64,000 bases of DNA. It comes from Sarea resinae (Eukaryota). The DNA lies in contig JAPEUD010000030.1 in NCBI GenBank assembly GCA_026026165.1, positions 62,001 to 126,000 on the forward strand. Direction: 5' to 3'. The translations under genes and the position numbers were made by a program. The notes beneath the pieces were generated by a model. It had not been told where the DNA came from. It ran no database searches and saw nothing but the letters and a program-made list of their open reading frames with translations. Shown here in pieces: positions 49,562 through 61,174 of this stretch (its first letter is position 1; each line of letters begins with the position of its first letter).

Positions 49562-50285
49562 TCTCCTCTTCTTCTTTGTCTCGATTTCCTAAATCTCTTC
49601 AAGTCTCTCAACCTCGTCAACTATTACCTTTTGACCAATCTCCGGCTCTGCTTCAAGCCAGCGCTCCTCTTTGTCCCTTGAGCATGCTAGCTCTTACTCT
49701 CCACCTATCTATCTATCTATCCGTCTTATCTGTAAATCAATATACATCTACTCAAGTACTTGCTTCGCTCCCCCGAGCCAAACCACCACCTCCACTACCA
49801 CCTCCACCACTAGATTCTCCCCTCTCCTCTCCCCTCTTCCCTTTCCCTTCCACTTTCTCCGTAGTCCACTTCCCTGCCTCTGATCTGCTTCGTCGTCGTC
49901 GTCGAAGTCGCCTCTCATCACCCCCTCCACATTCCTCCCGTTCCAAGCCAAGTCAAGTCAGGTCTATCAATAGCAAGCATCATCTCTGTATCTTCTTCAC
50001 ACCAGGGAATGTCTTCTCTTCTCTTTTCTTTTCTTTTCTCGATCCCTTCTTTTCCCCCTTCTTGTTTGTTTTTGGGGGGGCGGGGGGAGGAGAGAAGGGC
50101 CTGGCGGGGGAATAGCGGGTTAGCGGGCAGGGGGAGGGTTTAAGCGGGTAAAGGGGGTAAAGCGCCAAAGTCCTTTTGCTAGTTGGTAGTAGTAGTAGTA
50201 GTTCGCCGTCGACTTGTCTGTGTACTGCTAAGGTCTGCTGTCACCTGTGTGGTGTGTGGTGTGTGGTGTGTGGTGTTTGCCGTCT

Positions 50286-50346
50286 CGTACTACTACTCCT
50301 CCTCCTCCTGCTTTTCCTCCTCCTGCTTTTCCTCCTCCTCCTTTTC

Positions 50347-50430
<84 letters not shown>

Positions 50431-50484
50431 CTACTCCTACTCCTCCTACTCCTACTACTACTCCTACTACTACCACTACTCTAC
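50286..50484. repeat. (CTA)n/(CTC)n trinucleotide microsatellite
   Basis: Long perfect CTA tract with degenerate CTC/CTA flanks. Confidence 0.95.
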
Positions 50485-51142
50485 ACAATGAAATAACCAC
50501 TATACTCCCCACACGGCACCAAAAACATAAATAAAAAACACTTTAATAAGAACCTTGAAGAGCGAGGGATTGATTCTAACAGCCTAAAGCTCCTTCCTAT
50601 AAGGAAAGCTACGGTTGGCAAGTAAGAGGAAGAAGCCGACACTGCACGCGGGGGCTTGTTGCATTTTTGAGAACCTCTGCTAGCTGTCTAAGGTAGGTAG
50701 GTACGTAGCTCTCGATCTACCTTACCTAGGTAGCTAAGGCCTCTAGCTATGTACCTACCTTAGCCACTACAGATTCCTCCTCGGGTCGTCAGGAGCTTTT
50801 GTTTGGAAAGGGAGGTATTAACGTAGGTAGGTAAGGTAGGTAGGTGGCTAGGTAGCTATTTTGACGTTCTCTTTGATCTTCGGTTTTTGGGTAGCTTGTT
50901 TCTCTCTCACCCTCTTCTCTCACCCGCTCGTTTCGTCGGCTCTTTCGGTTTGCTTTGGGAACCCTGGTACCCCTTTTCCCGGGCCCCATCTCTTCTTCTT
51001 CCCTTTTCTCTCCGGTTCGCTATCGCCGCCTGTGTATTGTCCTCCCCTACCCTGCCCCACCCCATACTACCACCGCCACCATCTTTCAGCGCCCTAGCAT
51101 CTCTCCTCGCAAACCTTTCCCTCCCCCCAAGTCACGCCTCAT

Positions 51143-53084
51143 TCACAGGTCAAAGCCGACCCGCCTCCACGCGCTCTCGACATCCTCGCACAGCGTCAAG
51201 AACGCGTCGTCCATCAGACTCGACGTGATGAGTTCGTCGAGCGCGGCGAGCCGCTCGGCGCGCGTCAGCGACGCATAGGCGGCCAAAGAGGGCGTCGGCA
51301 GAGGAGAGGGTGGAGGCTGGCGTGGGATGTGGGACGAGTGGCTGGTGATGAAGTCTTCGATCTGGGCTTGGTAGTCTGCTGGCAGGTTCGAATTCGAGGG
51401 CGGGTGCAGTGGTGTGGTGGCTGGATTGGTGGGGATTGAGGGGTGGGAACTGGTGGAGGCTGGGGGCCGGGCCTGGTCAGGGTGAGGAGAGGACGTGCGG
51501 TGGTGTTGGCTTAATGGACCGAGGGTGGCTTGATGAATGGGCTTCAGTGAATTAGACGCGAAGGTGGGTTGAGGAAGCTGGGGCAGGTCCGTGCTTGCTG
51601 GCTTGATGGGCGAGGAGCTGTGGGTACCGTTTGAAGGAGGCGAATTCATGTCGCCAGACTCTTTCGGGGGGATGAATGTGAAAGCAGACCCTGGAAGCGG
51701 TGACAGATCCATGACCTGCTTTAGAGGGCTCGAGCGACCAGAAGCGGACGAAGTTGTGTACGGGCGTGCGGTGGGCTTGAAGGGATTCATGCGAGGAGAA
51801 GCGAAAGATGTCGTCGATGGGCGAGTACCGGATTTTGCAAAGGGAAGTTCTCTCTTTGGAGGCAGGATCTGGCTGATTGTGTCTGGACTCTGGGAAGATG
51901 GCAGGGTTGCTGCTCTCCGCAGAGAGGAGCTCTGCTGCTGAGAATGCTGCTGCAGCTGCTCCTGGTGATCCTGCTCACCAAGTCCAAATGTAGCAGAATT
52001 ATCGCCGAAAGCCAAGTTCGATCGAAAAGGGGGGCAATGCGATTGAGGCTCCGAAGACCCGTTACTCCCATGACTGTAATGAGATTGAGATGGAGAGCGA
52101 TACATTGTTTGCCTATGAGAATCTTCTTCATGTCCAATAGCCGGATTGCGACTTGCAAAACCAATTGTAGAAGGATCAGCGAGATGTGATGAAGAGGTTA
52201 AGGCTGGTTGGGAGGGTGGTCTTTCTTGCTGTTGTAGGACGAGTCGCGACAAAGGTCTTGGCTGTTGATTTGACATTTGGTGCTGGAGAACTCCGATCGA
52301 CTCTAAAGGTCTCTGCTGAACAGGTGGGGCAGGTCCAGAACTCAAGTTCTGCTGCGGAATAAAGTCCGGCTGTGGAGGTTGTATCTCCTGCAGACGTGTA
52401 ACAGGTCGGGGAAGAAGCCTGCGCTGTTGACTTGAGACGGGACGTGGAGGGGATTCCTTGAGCTCAAAGCCGATACCACCAAGGATGCGGACAGCAGTCT
52501 CGAAGCCTGACGTCTCTGCCAGACTGATCTGAAAGCGACGAACCTATATCGGTTACACTTCTACGCACACATGAAAGTGGGATGAGCTATCGTTACCTTG
52601 CCGTCTGGTAAGGGATATCTCATTGCGATGCGAGGGGAGCGGACAAGGAATGATACAGGGGGCTGGACATTCAGCGATGGCTGTGATTGCAGATGAGCTC
52701 TCGCTCTGTCGTCTGCGTAAATGCGATAGAGTATGTCTAAGTCTAGATGCTCCTAGACAATAGATTAGGTCAGGGACAGATAAGAGATTACGATAAATTG
52801 CAGGAGCAGAAGCTTGATGTTAGCCTGGACAAAAGGCATACCACAGCATTAGGCTCGATGACAATCTTCAGCCGTCGATGCTCCTGATGCTGATGATCGG
52901 AAGTGCTTGTTTGAAAGGTCTCGAAGACAGCAGACATGTGGTCTCGCTGGGGGAGATGGATCCAATTGATGTGGCTGTCAGTGCTACTCTCATTGACGGC
53001 ATAGGAGAACTTGACGACGGGGAGAACAAGGAAAGCTGGGAAAGACGTGGCAGATCGGGGAGAGTTCAGCGCCATGAGTGCCAT
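51143..53084 (-). CDS. REC114: Meiotic double-strand-break protein Rec114-like
   Basis: Three exons join in frame (introns 52841-52753, 52596-52544). N-terminal PH-like LPVVKFSYA...W...LKIV...VRSPRIAMRY..|VRRFQI; disordered S/P linker; C-terminal LDELITSSLMDDAFLTLCEDVESAWRR. Confidence 0.75.
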
Positions 53085-53684
53085 GATTAGTGATGATGTC
53101 TGTTAGTTGTAAAGCATTGATCTGACATAGAAGAACTGTCCCGCTGCCATTGCAAATGACAATCTGGCTTGTTATTGTATGAGGCTGCAATGATAGAGAT
53201 TGGAGCTGAGATGTTGACATTGACGTTGATGTTGACGTTGATGTTGACGTTAAAGTGAAGACGGCGCTCGATCGAGACGCTTACGTAATCGGATCTCGGC
53301 CGTGCCGACTTGCAGACTTGCAGGGTTCGCGTCGTCCATCGTTCATCGCTCCTCGTCTCGTCTCGTCGCGCATTGACACAGAGCTACCTCTTCGCCATTC
53401 TGCCATCGCATTCGCATCTGGAGCAAAGAGCCAGAACGTGCCCCTGGGGCTTTCATATCACCAACAGTCGACTGCCCATTGCCGCTCTCCTTTCGCAAGG
53501 GAACAAAAAGCTCTAGCACTTCCTCTCATCGGCCTCACCTCTGACATCGATTTCCCTCTCAGAGCTGCGCACGAACGAGCTAGGTTCTAGATCGAGGCAG
53601 GCTTCCATACCGTCGCATTGAACACTTGCGGCCAGCCAGCAGTGCATGGTGTTCTCCACCAGCACGGCCTAGCTACTTCTCATC

Positions 53685-56600
53685 ATGGCACCACCCAGAA
53701 CGCCCAGAGAGCCTTCCATCGAACGGTCGACCGAGTATGAGGAGTTCATGGCAAAGCTCACGGCATACCATGAAGAGCGTGGGTAAGAGACCTTGCAAGC
53801 TCTGCAGAATTTGCCCTATCGGGCCTGATCCCAGAACTAATGCAGTCTTCTCGCAGCACGACCGATGTGTTCAATCCCCAACCACGCATTGGTAATCGCC
53901 ATGCCGACCTTTACAAACTGTACAAAGCGGTGACTGAGAGAGGAGGCTACGATAATGTCACCGCAGAACGATTGTGGAAAGTCGTCGGACAGGAGTTGAA
54001 ACTAGTGATTGGCCCGCAATCTGGACATGCGCAGCTCACCTATATGACGAAGACTGCTTACTACAAGAACCTTGCGTGAGTGCCCTCACCTGTAGTCTTG
54101 AACTGTGGCTAAAACCGCACAGCGCGTATGAGATCTCAACTTTCCACAAGAAGGAGCCACCGCCAAGAAATATTCTCGAGGATGTGAGCGCGGGTGGAGG
54201 TGGCCTGCTTAACCGGACAACAGAAAACTACGTCAAACCTGGACGAGATTCAACCAGTTTCGCTGATGGCCAACAGTCAAGCGGGTCCGAGGACGAGGCA
54301 AGCAAAACCCCAAAGGATGCAAAGACAGAACAGGAGGATCCTGGCAGCGGTGCTGGTAGAGTCACGAGAGGTGAGATGATTCACGAGACTTCTCTTTTCG
54401 AGACTTTGAGCTCACAAGTGCTCATTCTCCACAGGGCTCCGACAAGCCCCTCCCCAGCGTGTCCTCTTCCAGCCTGATGTTTCATCATCACGTCAGACTC
54501 GTCATTCTACTACAAGCAGCGCCCATTCCCCACAGCCAGCAGCAACGACCTACAACTCCGTCTACGCTCCAAGAGAAAGTAGCGTTTCTCTATTCACCAA
54601 CTATGAACCGAAGCCGCCTACCGTCTTAACATTACGGCCCGTCATAACGCCAAGCAACAACCCAGGTTTGTTCCAGGAGCAGCAGAGAAGACAAAAGGAA
54701 GCGGCGGCGGCGAAATCCGGAAAGACTGCTCAGAATTACAAGGGCATGATGCTACCAGGAAGTAAGTGTGCCTTTGGTCTGCGATCGAGTGCTTTTGCTG
54801 ATTGAGATACAGCTGGCTTTGAAGGTCCTAACATATATGTGCGCACACTACTTGCTTTACGGTCAGGAATCCCCGAGGAGCAGAACTACGCACTTCATCA
54901 CCTGGTCAAGATTTCTCACGAGCGAGGTGACAAGTACAAGTTTGAGGCCTTTCCAGGTCTAGCAGAGGGACTCATCGAGAAGGCCCTAGAGGTCAGCTCG
55001 GTCTTCTATGACGTGAAATGGGAGATATCCTTCAAAGACGACGGTAGCATGCATCCAACACATACTCTTGACGGCATCCGTGGTACCAAAGATATCCTGC
55101 GACGGCTCCAGGATCTGATGAGAATTGAACCATCAGATGAGATGGAAACCGCAGAGTCTAGTCAGCGGATGAACAACATCAACGAGGCCGGTCTAGTCCT
55201 CCGTAATATGGTTACACTGGAAGACAACGCCGAGTACCTGTCAAGGCTGTTTCCCGTTCGAGATTTCATCTGCATAGTTCTGAATCTCCCTCCACGATCC
55301 TCGGTGGTGGAGTTACAGCATTACGCTCTCGATATTGCCGAACATCTGACCAAATACTTTGCTCTAGAGGCCGACGACCCTTTTTACCTCTCTCTTCTTG
55401 CGCAACTCAAAGGCGATGATCGTGGTAAAATCCTCACAGCTCTACGGGCCATCAGTCGCCTGTCCATGAACTTGGAGGAAAACAATCACCTGAGAGGCGT
55501 TCCTCTTTCGACTATTCAGCTCATTTTTCAATGGACACTGATTGACGACGAGGAACTCGTCAACGCTTGTCTCGACTTTCTTTATCAGTACACAGCCGTG
55601 GCAGATAACGTCGAGGCCATGCTCGAAGGTCTCAACGTCGATGCCCTCATCAACCAATGTGTTCGACTCCTCCTCTACGGTGCCAAAGAAACAGAAGCAA
55701 AGAGCATGACGAAAGCCCCCCTGAAAGGACCACCCGCAACCGAAATTCCTCAGATCCCGCGCGACCTACTAGAGCAGCTCCTCCAATACGATGAGCCTGA
55801 AAGAAGCGCTCACTGGTAGGTCCCGAAACATTCCCCCATTTCTAGTGCCCCTCACCCCGTATCCATCCCCATCTCACTAATTCTCTATAGGCTCCGGGCA
55901 TCCTTTGAAGAAGACCCGCATAGTGACATCACGCAAATCGCCCTCTGGCAAGCCTACCAAGCGCGCTTCGCTGAATTCATAACACCGCAACGAATGCTCC
56001 TCCCCGCTGCCGACTTCATTAAGAACGTGTCGACCACCTTTGCCGGCGCCAACGCACAGGTGCTCAACGGTCCCGTGCAAAAGTTCATCATCAAGGGAAT
56101 CCGACCACGACGCGCGCCCATGGATCCCCAAGGTCGGCTGTATACGCGCTGTCTTTGGACCCTGGACAACAATCGCACCTGTGGCGCTTTTCTTCCCGAT
56201 GCACCACGACTCTGGACGCATATCCTCTCCCACCACCTCCGCGTCCCCTTCCTCCCGAACTCGTCTTCCCAGTTCTCGCTCACGCCCCCCCACACTCTAT
56301 CACGCCCGTACACCTGCCGCTGGTCAACGTGCCACTTGTCTCCACCTCTCCCCTCTTCCGCCTCGGCAGCCACAACGCAAGACCCCTTCAAAATAGGCCA
56401 GCACATAAAGACGCACCTGCCGTCAACGACCACATCCACCACCACAAGCGATCCTGCAATCCCAACATGGATCCCCAACCAAACCCCCTCGTCACGAGCA
56501 GGCCTCCATCCCAACAAGAGACCCGACAAGCACTTCCCCTCGGCCCCCCCCAACGCCAACGGCGACATCCCCGGCGAATTCCGCACCCAGATCTGGCTCA

Positions 56601-56977
56601 ACACGGCCACAGACGAGCGCGGCGACGCAGCCGGCGTGCCCCTGACCGCCGTGCTCGTGCTCCGCAACATCGCGCGCAATCTGCCGCGGCCGCGCAGTCG
56701 AGCCGGCGATGCCCTCGTCTCGGGCGGCAATTCGGCCTGGCTAGGAGGAGCAGGAATAGGAGCAGGAAGAGGAGGACCAGGCGCTGGGGGAGCCGGCATG
56801 GGCGACGCCATGGACGAAGACGGTCTCCTCGACGCGACCACCGACGCCGATCCCAACTACATGATCCGCCTCTTCGGGCCCGTCAGGGAGAGGCTCTGGT
56901 ACGTCATGGCGCACAACCGGCCCCTGGCTGGCTATCTGGCCGATCTGAATGCCGTCATCGCTGAAGGTGGCGGGTGA
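53685..56977 (+). CDS. RSC9: RSC chromatin-remodelling subunit Rsc9 (ARID + armadillo-like + RFX-type winged helix)
   Basis: ARID DLYKLYKAVTERGGYDNV...W; GFEGPNIYVRTLLALRSGIPEEQNYAL; ITQIALWQAY...AADFIKNVS...QKFIIKGIRPR; AVLVLRNIAR. About five introns. Confidence 0.9.
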
Positions 56978-58105
56978 GCAGGCTTGATGGGGGGGTTTTT
57001 TAGGTCAAAGGAAGCAGTGGGCGCGGGTGGGGGATTTTTTTTCTTCTCTCCCTTTACTGGTGTATCATCTAGGGTCTACTTGCTTGTTTGCTTGTGTGGT
57101 CACGGACGGACAGATGAATGGACCGAGGGACGGCGTCGGAATTGTCTTGTCTCAGCTTCTGTCCCGTCACATTTCGTTTCGTTAGAGTTCGTGTAATTCT
57201 CTCGCATGCATGCATGCATGCAACTATATGTTGATTCAGTATTGTAGAACGCAAGCGCGAGAGAGAAATAGTGCCAGAGACAGAGAAGTGGTTATTTCCT
57301 CTCCATGGCTTCCATACACCCAAACAGAGTCTAACCAGCCAAAACCGCATCTTCCCGTCCAGGGTCCAAAGTCCAACGACCAAACCACCAAAGCATCAGC
57401 ACCTCACAGCACAGCACATCGCATCACATCACAACACATCACATCACGAACCACAACACGGCCAGCAAAGCGGTAGCCGGGGTGAAGATATTTCCTTTCC
57501 AATCGGATTTCTTTGTGATTTGTCTTGTCTTTCTTCAAATTCTCAATAGTCATGACAATGATAGAAACGCAATCCATCGAATGAATACACACACACACAC
57601 AGACGTGTGTGCATGGGGAGGAAGGTTTCATACTTTGAGGGAGACGCCCAACCCTATCCAACCCCAATCCAACCGACTCAAGGCTATAAAAGGCCAAGCC
57701 TAAAGGCAACTGATCTGTCCTGTCCTGTCCAGTTCTGTCCGATTCTGTTCGGTGCATGCGGGTCCGAATGCGAGGACTGAAGGGGGACCGGCTACCTAGC
57801 CATATCGTGATATAAAAAAAGGATGAAAAAGGTAAACGAGAAACGAGAAACGAGAAACGCCACGCCACCCAGAGATATACAACAGAGATGGTAAAAACAA
57901 GAAAAATAGGTAATAGAGAAAAAGAGAAAAGAAAGAAGAACGAAATGTAAATCCGATTGCATCCCCATCCATCCAATCTGGAGAAGCCCGGGAAAATAAA
58001 CTCTCTCCGTGATCTATCCATCCAATTCAGCCCTAGCCTAATTGATTCCCAGTCCATCCACCCATATATTCAAGTGCACCGTCCGGCGACCGATTAATGA
58101 CCCCG

Positions 58106-61100
58106 TTATCCCCACGCATGTCCCCGTCGACTACTCCCTCTTCGACTACTGAAGCCAGACTCTCCTCCACCACCACTAGACCCAGCCCTCGCATCCTCAA
58201 GGCTCTTTCTTGATTGCTGCTGCCCTTGTCCCCCAAAATCACTCATAGCGAACAACAACGGCTCATCCTCTTCAAAATTACTCGGCCGGCTGAAGCTATA
58301 CCTCCCACCCCGTTGATCTAACGATGCGCCAGACCCACTGCCTCGATCGCCGGCGGCGCTCGAGAATGACCCTTGCGGGAGCGTGACGCCTCTTCCACTG
58401 CCTCTACTAAGTTGGGGCCGATAGGACGAATTATTGGCCGGGCCAGGATTTGCGGAGGTACCGCGTTGAGGCCGGGAGCTCTCATCCCTCGATTCCGTCG
58501 ACGATGAAAATTGCCGGGTCATGCGGACGGGCTCCTCTGGATTCGCTGCTTCTTGCAACGTCCTCTCAGGCTCATCATGTTCATCCGAAGCGACTGCCGG
58601 TTCGGAAGCTTCTTGCATGCCTAGCAATGCACTTAAGCTGAGTGGCTGCCTGTCTTCGCCCATGCTAGCGCTACGGAGGTTGAACGGTAAGAGATCGCCG
58701 CTTCCGTCCTCAAGGGGAATGGTTCGGGACTGTTGAGCAACGGAGCTGGATCTTCGGTTCTGAGGGTGAAACGGGCGAGGGGAGGTGGGGATGTCAATGG
58801 CGCCTCGCCTAGATGCTGCCTCCTCATCTGCTTGATCCTCTTGCTGTCTTTCTCGGTCTTCTCGATTCCTTGTTCTGCCACCGCTGCGGCTTCGATGCGG
58901 TTGCGGGTCGTAGTTTACAATGCTGTTCGCACTTAATCTTGAGGGTATAGCTGGAGTATGGGGTGTGTGTGGCGATATTGGCTTCCCAGGTGAAGAGGAT
59001 GTAGAGAGTGAAGTACCTGCGATCATGGCAGGCACGCTTGACAGCTGACGACTCGATGAGCTTGAGGAGCGATGCAGTTGCAATGACGATGACATGGATT
59101 CGGACAGTGCAGCATTGGAATCTCGCATGCGTTGAAACTTGGTCAAGGCCGCCGTTGTTCGTCTTGTGGACGCATCAATCGCAGCAGAGTCTCCAGAGTG
59201 GAAGCTTTTGAGTTCCTTCTTCGTGTCGAGCATCTTCAAAAAGTCGGATATGTTGTCGTCATCTGTTTGTACAGAGCCGGAACTCGTGTCTCCGACCTCT
59301 GCCAGTATGCCCGAGCCAGGCTGTGCTGCAGAAGATGTCAAACTTGTTTTTCCACTGCTGTTATTATCGTCTTCGGTCCTGCTACCAGCCCCCGACGAAC
59401 GTCGCGTCCTCCTATGACTGAAACTGCTGCTGTATCTAGATATTGGCGCAGGCTTGGGGGACGTAGATGTAGATGAGGCTATTGCCGACTCGGCAAAGTT
59501 CTGCGGACCGCCCCTCAATGCAGTTTGGGGAAGAATCCCTAATGAGGCCCGATTTCGTGCTTGCGTAAGTGCACTAACGCCTGAAGGCCGGTCTAATGAG
59601 TTCCGCGGAGAGGACGACGGCAAGTTACTACCCTGTGATGGTGATGCAGATAATGTAGGGGTTTTGAATGGCATGAAGGACACTGAAGGCCGCCTTCCAA
59701 CAGGAGGTGCCGTGTCGGGAGTACGGAGAGATGATTTAGACCCTTGCACTGACCGTAGACTTGGCGCCAATCTCTGCGGTGGTGAACTCGGTGAGGAGTC
59801 AGGGCCAAGTTCCCTTGCTGCACGCAAAGCAGACAGAGGGCTTGAGCTTGCCGGAGTTCCGGCCTGGTGAAATGTCGAGAGACTACCGTAGGCTTGAGTC
59901 CTATCTAGACGGGCGCGGAGATCCTTTTTCTCAGAAGGCAGAGATCCAACTTCTTTGCCGCTGCCTAGGTACTCGGGCTGTTCATCCTCCGCCTGACCAA
60001 GTGAAGGTCGGAAGTAATGCTCGTCGATGCCCATGAAGTGGGAGCTTAGCAGAGCTTCAGAGTCATCGACTCGGAAGTCACAGATATCTCGATACGTGAC
60101 CTGAATAGAAAACGGTCCAGCCGGAGATTCGGTAGCACCAAACGAGAAAGTCTCCGTGACTCGACCGCCGCCAGGAAATAGAGGAGCCGTCAGGGCATCG
60201 AATTTGGGCGATGTCTTCAAGTCGTGCCCGCTGAGTACACGGTACCTCACTTTCAATGCGCTGTAGCTTGGCCTCTGCTTGCCAAGCTTTTTGGAAAACT
60301 TCCAAGCCGGCAAGAACTTCGAATACGTGAAGAGTGATCGGAAGAGCACAATGCTCTTTTTGTATACAGCTGGTAGGACCGCACCCAAGTCAGCCGGCAA
60401 ATCGCCAGGTGCTTCTCCTAAATCAATCTTCCAGCGCTCAAGGATGACCTGGCGTGCTTCATCAGAGCGGCTTGCTCTCCGCCCAGCCGAGTTGTCGGAT
60501 GAATTCAGACCCTCGATCACGTCCCACCGCTTTCCTTGGTCGTCAATTATTACCAGACTCTGATTGTTCGTCAAATTTGATGCGTCGATGTAGGTCTCGA
60601 TGATCAAAGGAGGCGGCCGTTGCTCGATTGCGTCGCAGGTTTTCCATAATCGTAGATCATCCCGGAGAACGTCGGTTTCATCGATTTCCACATTGAACTA
60701 GAATTCGAGACGTTAGTCCCATGATACTGGGCTATTAACAGAGCGTGAAATTCACTCACCCATTTGTTTACTCTCTTCGTCTCCGATCCTCGCGCGTACG
60801 CTGGCGGTAAAGATACTCTCGACTGGATTATGATGAGGGCTGCTTTGGTATGGTAATTCTAGAATCGAATAAAGACGGTAAGCGAAATGATTCACTCAAA
60901 TGATCTGGATTTATGAGAGCTCGATGCATACCTGGATGATTTGATTCAATTTCGCCTTTGATTCCTTGCCTTGGCCTTGAGGCTGTTGTGTCTGAAGGAC
61001 AGCCTGCTCGCCGTCTCCTTCTCCAGTGCCTCGCTCGTTATATGCCATCCCTCCAACTTGAGATCTCGGGCGCTCAGTGCCCTGATCCCTTGGATTATTG

Positions 61101-61174
61101 GTCCTTGTGGGATTTGTCCAAGGCGAATTAGCGGGAGACGCCGTCACCGGCGGTGTCCGCGGATGCTGATGCAT
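58106..61174 (-). CDS. ATG13: Autophagy-related protein 13
   Basis: [17 protein letters not shown]...[17 protein letters not shown] domain; [35 protein letters not shown]-terminal [11 protein letters not shown]. Two 5' introns. Confidence 0.94.

Noticed and set aside
50176..50534. Poly-L/Y/T/V ORFs
   Set aside because: Translations of the (CTA)n microsatellite.
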